Notes: a model not told the origin generated them from the letters alone. A stretch of 64,000 bases of DNA from Octopus vulgaris (GCA_951406725.2 OX597823.1:109740001-109804000); one strand, 5' to 3'; shown: positions 1 to 13,126, counted from the stretch's first letter. Made by a program: numbers and translations.

Positions 1-103
1 GATGTCTTTTGCCGAACCGGTAAGTTACAGTGACTTAATCACACCAACATCGGTTGGCAAGTGATGGCGGTGGGACAAACAAAGTCACACGAATACCACA
101 TAA

Positions 104-167
<64 letters not shown>

Positions 168-491
168 GGAAAGCTTACGAAAAAAACAATAAAAGACGAA
201 GACAGGTGGGATACAAAACAAACACATGTACTAGTATAACGCTCAGGAAGGAATAGAAAAGGTCTTTTACGTTTCGAGCCTACGCTCTTCTACAGAAAGG
301 GACACAGAAAAAACAAGGAGAGAAAAAATGTGTGTAGTGGCTAACGATCTATCATGGCGACTAGTGCCGGACAGAAGGATGTATATATATATATATATAT
401 ATATATACGATGGGCCTCTTTCGGTTTCCATCAAAAAAATCCACTCACGAGGCTTTGGTCGGTTCGAGGCTACAGTAGGGGACATTTGCCA
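1..491 (-). mobile_element. tRNA-derived SINE (family 1), partial, split by an insertion in its internal (TA)n tract
   Basis: 1-100 and 406-491 are reverse-complement matches to the body of the full copies at 4521-4951 and 63437-63850. Confidence 0.8.
163..380 (-). mobile_element. Short Penelope-like (pLTR-type) insertion with a variant hammerhead motif, nested in the SINE's (TA)n
   Basis: Unique ~215 bp between (TA)n/(GA)n tracts; minus strand reads cttt-CTGTAGA-A-GAGC-gtag-GCTC-GAAAC-GTA-aaag (about 299-264). Confidence 0.55.
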
Positions 492-1131
492 TTTTGTCAA
501 CTTTTAAGTTGTGTGTTCAAATTTCGATGAAGAAATCTTTTCCTTTCCTCCATTGGGCAACGATAAATGAAATACCAGTCAAGTACTGTAGTGTATGTAA
601 GCAATTTAACACTTGCTCCAAAAATTGCTAGCTTTGCGCCAAAACTTAAAACACATATTAAACCCCCATTTTGAATATTTTAGGTAACTAGTTACCATGA
701 AAACCAAACAAAAACAATATCGAAAACCTCCAAGATTAGAAAATATAATCGAAATAACTATCACCAGTAAGTATTGAACGTAATGGTCATAATTTAACGC
801 ATACGTGCACCACTATTCTAAAAGCGTCCACCAGAAATTATTTAATGCCATTTTCTAAAAACAAAATCAGAGAAAAAAGGAATAGGATCCAGTTGATATG
901 ACTATACCTTTTACATTTTTTGGCTTTCTTTTCATTTTTGACAAAATGTAGATTAATACGAATATTTTCCGAATATCTAGTATTTCTGGGCCAAATTCTT
1001 CCCCAAATGAAATTTTCAGTTGTCGCATTAAATTATATTTACAATACTTTTTCCATTTCCTTTTTCCAACCACCTAAGCCCGGATCTCTAACCGTAGCTT
1101 AAGGTTTTCTTGCTCGTAAAGAACAAATTCG

Positions 1132-1242
<111 letters not shown>

Positions 1243-1460
1243 CATATATCTCCAAAATTTTCAGCGTCAATTATATATATATATATATTTGTGTGTACAT
1301 ATATATATTTGTGTTTATATTCATATATTTATATATATAATTATGAGTTGTCGTCACATACGTTTAAGGTGAGTCAAGATTACTCCAATCTATATTGTAC
1401 GAAATGAAGAAATTTTCTCGAACTTGTACAATTACACATCTGTGCGTGTAAATGTCTGCG

Positions 1461-1509
<49 letters not shown>

Positions 1510-2401
1510 ATGTATATATTTATATGTATATATGTGCGTGTGTGTGAGTAAGTATGTATATATGTATATATATATATTTATATATATATATTTCTATGTA
1601 GGTAACTATGTATAATATATGTATGTACGTACGTATGTATACAAGCATATGTCTGTGTGTGTGTGAGTGCGTCTGTGTGTTTTATATAGACATAACGATG
1701 GTTATGGTAAATAAACAAGAAAGAAAAATTTCTACAGAAATCTATTCATTTATTTCATATAGATGTTGGGATTATTAATAGAGTTAGACATCAAATATAT
1801 TCATGGTCTATTTGATTATTTGTAATGAACTGTATAGATCAATAGGTGATTGGTTTTATTGACTTTTAAGAAACGAGGGTAAAAGCGTAGTGTGACATTC
1901 ATGATGGTATTATGTGAATTCAGCTACGGATGCACGGAAATCGAAACCAGGATGCACATATACTTTTTCGGAAAGAGATAAAATGAAATGATTATATTAA
2001 TTAAAACCATAATCTGTATCTTTGGTTTATATATTTCTCCTGTATCAGCTGCGGCTAAAATAGTAGTAAGTAATTGTATGGATAAGTATGAAAAATGTAA
2101 AGTAATTTTATTTCTGCCCTTAATATAATATGTTTCGAATCCTACTTGATTCACCTCGATATGTTCTACAACGAACTTGGATTGGGGGATATATTGAATA
2201 TCAATAAAGCATCTGTATACAACTTCAATTAGAATAGAAAATATGATACCACGTTTAGCTATTGGAACTGTCTCAATCAGGGATGAATGTACGGATTCCA
2301 TGACACTTTCAAGTCTTCTGTTACTAGTGAGAAGAAGGGAGAGTGTTATTCTGAGACAAGATGCATACAGAAAATATTTAAAATATCATTATCGTGTCAT
2401 A

Positions 2402-2615
2402 CCTATTTCTTTACTACCCACAGAGAGAGCAAACAAGGAGAGAAAAACGGATTAAGTCTATTATATCGACCCCAGTGTGTAACTAGTCCTTAATTTATCG
2501 ACCCCGAAAGGATGAAAGGCAAAGTCGACCTCGACGGAATTTGAACTCAGAACGTAGCGGCAGACGAAATACCGCTAAGCATTTCGCCCGGCATGCTAAC
2601 GTTTCTGTCAGCTCG
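2402..2615 (-). mobile_element. tRNA-derived SINE (family 2) with Deu/Nin-like central domain
   Basis: Minus strand GAGCTGACAGAAACGTTAGC...GAGTTCAAATTCC (A/B-box-like) then GCCTTTCATCCTTTCGGGGTCGATAAATTAAG; near-identical copies at ~30 kb, ~32 kb and ~41 kb. Confidence 0.85.
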
Positions 2616-2616
2616 T

Positions 2617-2851
2617 GTCATTCCGACTCAAAAGGGTCGGTTTCCTGGTTTCCAGGGCATAGATATTCACCACCTGGACGGGACGCCGATCCATCGCAGG
2701 ATTACTCATTTTTGCCAGCTGAATGGACTACAGCAATATGAAATGAAGTGTTTTGCTCAAGAATATAACACCTCTCCTGGTCCAGGAATCGAAACCACAA
2801 TCTTATGAACATGAGTCCAACACACTAAACACTAAACCACGTGCCTTCACA
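2617..2851 (-). mobile_element. tRNA-derived SINE (family 3)
   Basis: Minus strand GTGGTTTAGTG...GGTTTCGATTCC (A/B boxes) followed by TTCTTGAGCAAAACACTT core-like motif; related head at ~28234-28300. Confidence 0.7.
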
Positions 2852-4520
2852 GACTGGATGCATGACCACAATAGATTCAATTATGTGGACTCCGCTAACG
2901 GCATAGAAGGCCTGTTTGTGCAGTTATGTCAGGTAGCGTGTAATGTCCATGATTCAAGAATGAGAACAATCTTCAAGTGACTAACTTTTCTAATTACACC
3001 TTTCCTAAATCACCTTACATCAATATTGTTTTCCATTGGATCATTACCATCTTTAAAGCGTTGTTATATTTTCTATATCGTTTTAAATTATCTTAAAAGA
3101 TAAAAATAATTAGTCCGAATTTTAATAGTCGTAACTATGTTGTAGTCACTTTAAAACAGAATCTTGCAAAGTTGGTTCTTCTTCATGAGATTCTGAATTT
3201 TGCCGGCCCGTATCAGTTACTAAGTCTCAAATGCAATAATGTTTGAAGTAATTGCAACCAATTTCGGTTGGATGCCAATAATATTGAACAGATATAACAC
3301 CATAGACTCAAGAACGCATTAGTTTCAAAATATTTAATTTACTTCCATATTACCAGTTTACAGATGCGAAGCTTGTTAACATTTCAATCACTGCTGAAAC
3401 AGTCTTTTCTCTTCTACACTATCAAAGTGATCCAACGCCTTTTACAGCATTTGCGTCTATCCATATGTTATACGAGTTTCAATAAAACATATAAATGGAA
3501 AGATTTTATGTATTCGTTCGTAGCTGATGAATCACAACATCACTACTCAAACTTTTATGATGTTTTAATCTCCAGGCAACAAAATTTAATTGAATGAAAT
3601 AGCTAGAAGAACACACCCCAAAGCCTGACAGTTTACTGAGCTTCGGACATTATCAATTCCCACCACCTTAAAAAAGACAATAGAAAGAAAAGCAATGGTT
3701 ATACAATTGCAAATAAACGATACAATAGGAAACCTAGTCATGTACACGCTATAGATTACCTTAAGAAGAGATTACATGTTTTTCCAATCCTAAATGTAGA
3801 CTTTTATATACCTAGCCATAATAAACTGGTAATATCCAACAGACGCATCGTCGAGCGCATTTACTTAAATTATAGAAACCTACCGCGAAATAATCGTAAT
3901 GGAATAACAGCAGCGATGTAATTATGTCGTAAAGAACAGAAAAAAAATACAGCCCACTCTGGGATCATCCAGTTTGTCAAAAGCGTAATTTTACCTTCCA
4001 GTATCTGAAACCCTTTCCTCGAAGGGCATAGAATACTAAATATTGTTTGAGACATCGACACAATTTATTGACACTGATAGGTATGTTTTTATAAAAGTGC
4101 TTATAGTTAATATGCATTTAACTATCTACTAAGAGGAAAGTCGTAACAGCGTAAGAGTATTTACATTTGTATCACTGTTTGAACTACTATCGATTTTATA
4201 TAAAACCAGGAGTACCTACGCGGTCGATATTAAATGCCCCCCCCCCCACACACAAACACACTCAACAAACACTACAGTCTCATAGAGACACACGTTGCGC
4301 ATTATAGCCATACACACAAAATGCAGGATCAGTTACAGTTGGTAGCGCTTCTGTGGTAATTCTCTACAATCATGATGGGTAGAGTGTGTCATACGACAAT
4401 TACAATAACAGCTTGCGACCAAGTATGCTCTGCTCTTGAGTTAGCGTATGATACGTTTATACTGGTGCATTTATTTCAACTAAGACTATCTTATTAGTTA
4501 AAATGCATAAACCTATATAG

Positions 4521-4951
4521 GCGCAGGAGTGGCTGTGTGGTAAGTAGCTTGCTTACCGACCACATGGTTCTGGGTTCAGTCCCACTGCGTTGCACCTTGG
4601 GCAAGTGACTTCTACTATAGCCTCGGGCCGACCAAAGCCTTGTGAGTGGATTTGGTAGACGGAAACTGAAAGAAGCCCGACGTATATATGTATATATATA
4701 TATGCGTGTGTATGTTTGTGTGTCTGTGTTTGTCCCCCTAACATTGCTTGACAACCGATTCTGGTGTGTTTATGTCCCCGTTACTTAGCGATTCGGCAAA
4801 AGAGACCGATAGAATAAGCACTGAGCTTACAAAAGAATAAGTCCTGGGGTCGAGTTGCTCGATTAAAAGGCGGTGCTCCAGCATGGCCGCAGTCAAATGA
4901 CTGAAACAAGTAAAAGAGTAAAAGAGTAAAAGAGTAAAAGAGAGTAAAGAG
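4521..4951 (+). mobile_element. tRNA-derived SINE (family 1), full length
   Basis: GGCGCAGGAGTGGCTGTGTGG A box, GGTTCAGTCCC B-box-like, internal (TA)/(TG) tract, (GTAAAAGA)n tail, TAAACCTA direct repeat on both flanks; highly similar to 63437-63850. Confidence 0.9.
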
Positions 4952-5491
4952 TAAACCTAATACAAGCAACAAACGAACATATTTTATTTCTCAGGCTCTT
5001 TCTTCACAAAGGCAACTGTTTCACACAAATAACGGCACATACACATACAAACAATACACACATATAGAGCGGTATCTAAGAACTCCTGCACATATATGTA
5101 GCCTTACAGTGCAAGCAGAGACAAGCGCATATGGGAATATATAAGGTGTGGAAGTTATAAAAAAAATATCTCAAGAATCAGTATCCCTGCGGATATGAAA
5201 TTGTATGAGACACTGAAACAAAAGCATTAAGACAATCAAAGGTGATATTGTCGTGGGCAGAGAGTAGCCATATATTTCAGTACAAGTTTCTCGGTCAGAA
5301 AAGAGAAAACACACATGTTTTTAGTTTTTAGTTCATGTATGTATGTATGTATGTATGTATGTATGTATGTATGTATGTATGTATGTATGTATGTACTCAT
5401 TCATTCATTCATTCATACATACATACATACATACATACATACATACATACATACATACATACATACATACATGCATTTATATATATATATA

Positions 5492-5717
5492 CTTTATTTA
5501 AAGCAGCAGAAAATTCAACAAAATCTATTACTCTGAGTTTCTCGTTGCCGTTCATCAGACAGTTTTTGCTAGAAAAAACTGTCTGATGAACGGCAACGAG
5601 AAACTCAGAGTAATAGATTTTGTTGAATTTTCTGCTGCTTTAAATAAAGCATATTACTCTACCACTGGTATTTGAGTACTCTTTTTTCCACCTTTTTCAC
5701 ATTTATGTGTTTACTCC

Positions 5718-5720
<3 letters not shown>
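5492..5720 (+). mobile_element. Fold-back Penelope-derived element: ~76-bp perfect inverted repeat plus ~70-bp tail, between TA-rich microsatellites
   Basis: 5492-5567 is the reverse complement of 5574-5649; each arm carries a hammerhead core; only the right arm continues into a unique tail. Confidence 0.75.
5574..5621 (+). ncRNA. Minimal type I hammerhead ribozyme motif (mirror copy on minus strand ~5567-5520)
   Basis: ctgt-CTGATGA-a-cg-gcaa-cg-a-GAAA-CTC-a-GAG-TA-atag: core boxes, short stem II, near-palindromic stem III (ACTCAGAGT), GUA cleavage triplet, stem I CUGU/AUAG. Confidence 0.7.
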
Positions 5721-5793
<73 letters not shown>

Positions 5794-6061
5794 ATGTGAG
5801 AGGCAGAGATGGATAGATAAAGAGAGTGAGACATTCGTGGAAACATGGATGTTGATGAAAAATATTTAAATCGAACGTTATGAGAAAGCTAGATCGAGTT
5901 ATAGATCATTCTATCAATTGATATGTAGATATATCGATAGATTTTACTAGCATATAGGACTTTAAATAAATAGAACAGAAAACTTAATATTGATGTGTAT
6001 ACCAGGATATGTATCAAGAAATCTACCTAGAAATATGTATCTATCTCTGTAACTAGTCTTT

Positions 6062-6081
6062 ATTTATCTATCTATCTATCC

Positions 6082-6119
<38 letters not shown>

Positions 6120-6153
6120 ATATCTATCTATCTATATATCTATCTATCTATCC

Positions 6154-6192
<39 letters not shown>

Positions 6193-6223
6193 CATCTATC
6201 TATCCATCTATTCATCTATCTAT

Positions 6224-6262
<39 letters not shown>

Positions 6263-6306
6263 CCTATCTATCTATCTATCTGTCTGTCTGTCTATCTGTC
6301 TATCTC
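6062..6306. repeat. (TATC)n microsatellite
   Basis: Direct tetranucleotide run; similar (GATA)n runs at ~8610-8830, 25515-25765 and 26595-26660. Confidence 0.95.
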
Positions 6307-6849
6307 TTTTCATCCCTATATATGTTATATGTACGTAATCATATTATATAATGTGCATGTTTACACACACACACTCATACATTTGTATATGGCAGTTTGC
6401 ATAAAAGTAAAAGAAAACACTGTCTCATGCAAAAGCAAAAGTATCTTTAAAAAAGGAGAAAATATGAACTAGATTAATACTGGGAGATAAAAATGTACGC
6501 AAAGTCACCGCCCTCAGTTTTCATGAGGGACTAAAGAGAGCTCCGGATTCTAACGAATGCGTTCCTCGCTGTGCTCTTAGGCAGGTAGGTAAGCAGATAG
6601 TAGGTAGGTAGATGAGTAGATAAATAGCCATATAGACGAGCAAATATATAGTTAGATAGATATGGATATATATAATAAAAGTTTTTCTAAATGTTGCACT
6701 AGATATAAGACTTTGATACAGAACCTTTACAAGAAACCAAAATACTAGAATGTAAAATGCTCATTCACGTCCCAACTATAACTAGAAACCAAATATTAAG
6801 AATAAGCAACAGATTCTCCCATCTTTTCTACAACAGAAAAATATTCATC

Positions 6850-7480
6850 AGGGCAGCATACATTAATAACGAGGCTGTAGCTGAAAGTGAATTTAGCGAG
6901 GAATCAATCTATGCAGAGATTCTTGCATCAACTCTGGGTCTGGGGAACCTGGATGCGCGAGTTCCTTGTGTTCACTCCATCTCATGATAGAGGCATCACT
7001 CCCAATATTACCAAAAACTTATTATTTCTTTTAAGATACCATCTTTTGACTCTGCGTAATACAATCGACTCAATATACATAATAGTAAAGTGAGCTATCT
7101 TTGCCTTGACAACATAGCTTCCATGTTTGTTACACATGCAAATGTTTTACGCGTTTGCACTGCTTTCATACCCCAAATCTCACTTCACTTTCTTGGATCT
7201 AATCTCTTGTCATTTGAGAGTATATTTGAAGGCATTGAAATTGCAGAGCTACATAGAATTCGCCAGGTAGGATTCATAGAATATGAACGGTGCTCATCGC
7301 AAAGGATTTTATAAAATGATATAATGAATATGAATATTTTCTCTGATATAGCTACAGAGATAACTCAATTTCCCTATGCCGTTTCATGAAGAAGTTCAGT
7401 ACCCATTATCTAAAGTTTGTTTGAAATGACTCTTCCATACAGCTGCCGATCATCAACTGCCGATGGTGTTTTTGCTTGAA
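6850..7480 (-). mobile_element. Heavily decayed RTE-type LINE, region C-terminal to RT
   Basis: Minus-strand fragments resemble YK....ST.LY..ETW, ILG.K...VTN.E, IESI...R...RW and G.R..G.PR motifs in the expected order, with stops and frameshifts. Confidence 0.45.
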
Positions 7481-7971
7481 ATACTATATACCCGGAAAAA
7501 AAAATTTACTGTATCCCCAAACGAAGATTTTCTACAAATTAAACTATTTGTTTCTCCTTTTTATTTCCTACTAACAAACAACCGAATTTGAAAACAATAT
7601 CATCAGACCAGTTGTGCTAGGGAAAGCAAAACATTAATGTTCCTTATTATTGAAAATTAATCTCGGTACAGTTACCTATAAATACCTACCTTGCACGTAA
7701 CTGAGTACTGTAGTGATTTCTCGTTCGATTTTCCTCGAAGTCAACTCACCAACGGCCAATAAGGAAAACAAACTTTCAAACACGTGCAAGACCTCACTTC
7801 CCCAGGATGAGAGATGTGACGCAGGTGACAGAAATTGCTTACCTCGAAGTATATTCCATGTGTAAGATATATTGTATCCTTTATTTCTAAAATTCTGTAC
7901 AGACACGTATATATATAAATGTATGTGTTTATATATATATATATATATAGTGGATAAATATTTCTTGGTGT

Positions 7972-8010
<39 letters not shown>

Positions 8011-8748
8011 GTATATATGTATATGTATACATATATATATATATATATATGTTATACATGTATTTGTGTAAACGTGCATATACAAAATGAGAAGGGGAGG
8101 GAGAGTGCACATGAGAATAGGACAATTGTGAGAGACAGGTGTTAATGCTTCAATGGGATATTTTGATGCTTACTAGACAAGAATGAGCTGGGATACATCA
8201 ACAGAAGATATACAAAGGAGGAGGAAAAGAAATATTTAATATGAGAGAATAAGAGAGAGAGATAGAGAGGCAGAGAGGAGGAGAGAGCAGAACACAGCAG
8301 AGAACACAATACAAACGATGTGAGGTTTAGGCCTTACTATACACAGAGTATGTGATCATATTAAATGAGTCATCGTGACATTTTCAGAAAATATTTACTG
8401 ATATGCATATCGACAAATAAGAAAAAAACAAGAAACTTATAAATATTGGAGACACAGACACGGTTTGTATATAAGAATATAAAGAAAACAGATAGAAATA
8501 TCAAACCGATAGATATACAGATAGACAGACACTTAGATACGAAGATGAATAGATGTAGCTATATAGAAATAGTTATAAAACTTCATTACTATATAACTAG
8601 ACAGACATATAGATAGATAGATGGATAGATAGGTAGGTAGATAGATAGATAGATAGATAAATATATAGATAGATAGATAAATAGAGAGATAGATAGATAA
8701 ATAGATAGATAGATAGATAGATAGACAGACAGATATATATATAGAGAG

Positions 8749-8828
<80 letters not shown>

Positions 8829-9014
8829 GAAATAGAAAAGAACGAGACATTTTGAGTGAGAATTTGATCGAAAAAGTGATAGATCGCAACTCAGTTAATT
8901 TGAGTAATACGTCATAAATTACCTTTCTATGTATTTCTTTTTATCTATAGCATTTATATACATATATGTGCACATATACAAACACGCAGATACATATACA
9001 AGAGATATCTATTT

Positions 9015-9060
<46 letters not shown>

Positions 9061-9455
9061 CATCCAGATAGCTATATTCATAAACAGATTGAGAGCTAGG
9101 TAGATACATACATGTAGGCATATACACTGATTGGCGGACAGATGAATAGATGGATAAATAAATGGAGGATTGGATGGAGGAATGGATGGATGGATGGACG
9201 GACGGAGGGATGGATGAATGGATGGGTGGACAGCTCGAGAGACATAAACCATGACTTCCAGTACATCGATCTACAGATTTGATAGCTGCATAGATACATA
9301 CATTGATTGATTGGTACATGTATAGAGTGATAGATGGCTTGTCAGATCATATGACACAAAGTGTGAAAGTGTGAGACAAAGGGAAAAAAAATATAATGTG
9401 AGTCAATCTGAAAGAGAACGAAAGGTAGAATCAGAGAGGGGGATTAACAGATATA

Positions 9456-9515
<60 letters not shown>

Positions 9516-9550
9516 CATACACACACACACACGCGCATATATATATATAC

Positions 9551-9625
<75 letters not shown>

Positions 9626-10426
9626 AGTGCGTGTGTGTATACGTATGATTGTACGTATTGACAAAGAGCAATGCAAAGGGAATGAGAGCCGGAGAGATAA
9701 GACTGAGCGCAGAGAATAGTGAGTGAGGGTTAGGAAGAGTAAGCGAATGAAAGACAATTGGAAATTGAAACTCAATCCGATAAAGAACAATAAAAATGTC
9801 TGTTTCATTTGGAAGCTGCATGTAAAATTACATCGATTGGTCAACAACAACTGACCGCTCTATGAATTATGTCCCTAGTGAAGGGACTTGCCGCTTGTTT
9901 GATGTCCATCCGTCACCCTGTTATCAAAGGATTTAATGGGCTGAATCTAGCTTTTTATGACTGAGCACTTCCAACAGCGCGGCCATGTTTTTTGAATGTG
10001 AATCTCCTCGTAAGCTACACATGCATACATACATACATACTCACAAACACATACACACACTCACACACACATACACACATGAATGTATACATAAATACAT
10101 GTATATACGCATGAACACGCACACAAACATACATACATATATGCGATCTGTCATACGTACATGCATCTGTATGTTTGCTTCTGTGCGTGTGTATGTGCAT
10201 ATGCTTTTAAAACACATACCTTTCTGTACATGATTGTATGTGCATTCGCAGGTTCATGAAAGAAATATGCACATGTGCACATATGCATATAGACATATAT
10301 ATACACTTTCCCGAAAATGCTAATGAGGTACTCTGTTATGGCTGCGTGCGCGCGATCTGTATAGGTTGGCGTGTGTACGTGTAGAAACTAATTCAACGGT
10401 TCAAACAGACAGGCATTATACACACA

Positions 10427-10498
<72 letters not shown>

Positions 10499-12281
10499 TA
10501 TATATATATAGACATACGTGTATATGAAAGAAATACAATTTATCCTAAATATAAACACACATTCAAACATACATACAAAATATGCAGTAATATACACTCA
10601 AGCATACAAGCTGTGTCAATATATATTCATATGCATATGGTGTGTGTGTGTGTGTATATATATTGTGTGTGTGTGTGTGATTATACATGTTTTATAATTG
10701 TTCACAATATCTACGTGTTTTCGAATACTTTACGTTTTTCATCCGGAATTTCTCTCTGTGTCTCTATATTTATACGTTCTCATCGATATATTTATCGACT
10801 AGCTATCTATATATATATATCGATCTCTCTGATTATCAGTATATTATTTCTATTTATTACATTTTATTATTGTCTATGTGTGTATCTATCTATCTGTCTA
10901 TCTGCCAATCAATCTATCAACTCACTTATCTCTGTATACATTTTACTATGTAGCTATCTATTCATATAACTGGCAATCTATATATACATACATGCAAAAA
11001 CTCACTCAGACATACATACGCATACATATTCACAAACATTTCCGAGTGTGTGTGTATAGCCTAAAACGTGTAGATATTTAAAAGGACACAGCATGTCCAG
11101 TCAGATGAGAGTGGTCTCAAAATTGCGCAGCCTATACATTCGTATGGATGGTTGTCCTGGGTATGGCTTTAAAACTCATCCACTTGAGAGTTCTTCATAT
11201 GGAATTTCCGAGGTTTTCAGAAGCGTGGAACCACGTCGTTGCCACTAATGGTCTACTATGAGCCGGAGTTGTAGCCCCTCTTAGGCGTCTTAGCTATGTG
11301 GTAAGTAGTACGTGAACTACTGCGAATGAAGGGCCCCTAACTCGCGTCAAACCTTCTATCTAGAAGCTAAACTCGTATAAAAAGAAGACCAAAAGAGCAG
11401 TTGGTTTCTGGTTGTCCCCGCCAGTTTTGTGCCTCTTTTATTATAGCTGATTGCACTGAGAGTGAGTTCAGCACTGTGCAGCTTCTTATCCACTCAAAAG
11501 AATTTCACACACAAGAATTTCTTGGTCTCTTAGTAAATTTGCATGGATTTACCGAGTGTAAGAAGTGGTCTTACTCTGTCACGTATTGACTTCTACTGTG
11601 TATGTATACTGGATGCAATACTTATGCAAAGTATTCTTAAATACATTATAACAGAAGCGGTTCTTGTTTCTCAGTTACTCGTTATCGATCATCAACTGGT
11701 AATCCGAAACTGCATTTCTTTTGTAATATTCACTGCTTAAACAATATTTTGTAATATAAAATGTAAGTTTAAAGAAAATGCTTATCATTTTATGTTCTTT
11801 TGTTGAAAACAAATACATGAAAATTGCGACTAACATATAAGTGAATAGACATGCATAAGCGTATGATAGAAAATATTTATTTGTGTAAGTAATGCAGAAA
11901 GGGAACTTACACTTAAATGTGCATGTGTTTAGGGTGAGATGCGAAATGGTAATATTCAGAGCAAAATACATGAGCTGAGCGAATGTTAACGGGAATTTAA
12001 ACGAAATCGCAGTTAGCTTATTTGATAGGTTCCACGTCTTTCAATGGATGGGAGCGCTGTTCCGATAGTGTACAGCCAAGCTAGATATAAGATTATTAAC
12101 ATCATAATGATAATTCTGATATGTATTTGCGTGTGAGTATGTCTATGTTAGAACTTGACCTGTTCACCTGAAGTATAACGGCCTCCTGGTTTCTTCACTG
12201 TATCATAATACAAATGATACAGCGAAGACGAAAATATACGTGTATATTAAACACATGATTAAACATTTTTCTAGAAATATA

Positions 12282-12335
<54 letters not shown>

Positions 12336-12468
12336 ATATATGTAAGCATGTATATATATGTATATATATAGGTTTAAATAAGGGTTACAAACTTCAGTAA
12401 GGGATCGTAAAATCCAATGAAAACACTGGTTAGCTACGTATTAAAAGTGTTAAATATTACAATTAATA

Positions 12469-12772
12469 CATTATTTATATTTGACCGATATTTGTCTTCA
12501 TCTTCTTTGTTAACACGGCGTTTTGGCTGATATGCCCTCCAGCCTTCATCTTGGGGAAATTTCGAACCTGACTTCTCATTCCTAAGTTATTTTTTGATGT
12601 TATTAATTATTATTATTATCATCATCATCATCATTATTCAGATCACTGAATGGAATCGAACTCGGAATCTTAGGGTTAGTGGCCCGCACTCTTAACCACT
12701 ACGCCATATACCCGTCAAATGCAAATAACGTAATTAATGTACATAATTCCTCATCGCTTAAATGTAGAACTG
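12469..12772 (-). mobile_element. tRNA-headed short element with hammerhead-containing 3' part and inverted terminal copy; 14-bp TSD
   Basis: TSD TATTACAATTAATA at 12455-12468 and 12773-12786; minus-strand TGGCGTAGTGG (A box) and GAGTTCGATTCC (B box) within 12706-12651; decayed hammerhead ~12550-12515; 12711-12772 is an inverted copy of the 3' end; homologous to 38977-39230. Confidence 0.8.
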
Positions 12773-12836
12773 TATTACAATTAATATTCAACAGTAAGGT
12801 AACTAGATAAACCGTGGTTTATATATATTTTAAGGG

Positions 12837-13071
12837 GATAAGAAAATAGAGTGATAATTAATAATTATTTATTAATTTAAAATTAGACATCATTTCTGAC
12901 AGCTGTTTCAATTCCAGGCCTTTAGAAATTCATTACCACAATTAAAACCATTTAAAAGTCGAATCTCATTAGAGATCTTTCTAAAGATATATAATTAGGT
13001 GTTCATATTCCTGCTTGTTGATGTCTAATTTTTTAATTAATAAATAATTATCATTTCTCTATTTTCTTATC
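12837..13071 (-). mobile_element. Fold-back PLE-like element with hammerhead motif having an extended stem II
   Basis: Inverted repeat 12837-12892 / 13019-13071; minus strand tct-CTAATGA-GATTC-(long loop)-GAATT-GAAAC-AGCT-GTC-aga. Confidence 0.55.

Positions 13072-13126
<55 letters not shown>

Noticed and set aside
1880-2400. 125-aa minus ORF and a GAAAC-containing motif as a PLE remnant
   Set aside because: No convincing RT or GIY-YIG motif, and the hammerhead core is too degenerate to call
7680-7890. Minus-strand micro-exons with GTAAGC and GTAGGT donor-like sites
   Set aside because: Weak acceptors, no recognisable peptide, cannot be linked into a gene model
12194-12230. Roughly 15-bp stem hairpin as a microRNA precursor or terminator
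   Set aside because: Too short for a pre-miRNA and no supporting context
12651-12713. tRNA gene (also 4521, 28234, 63437)
   Set aside because: A and B boxes are present but there is no complete cloverleaf or acceptor stem; these are SINE heads
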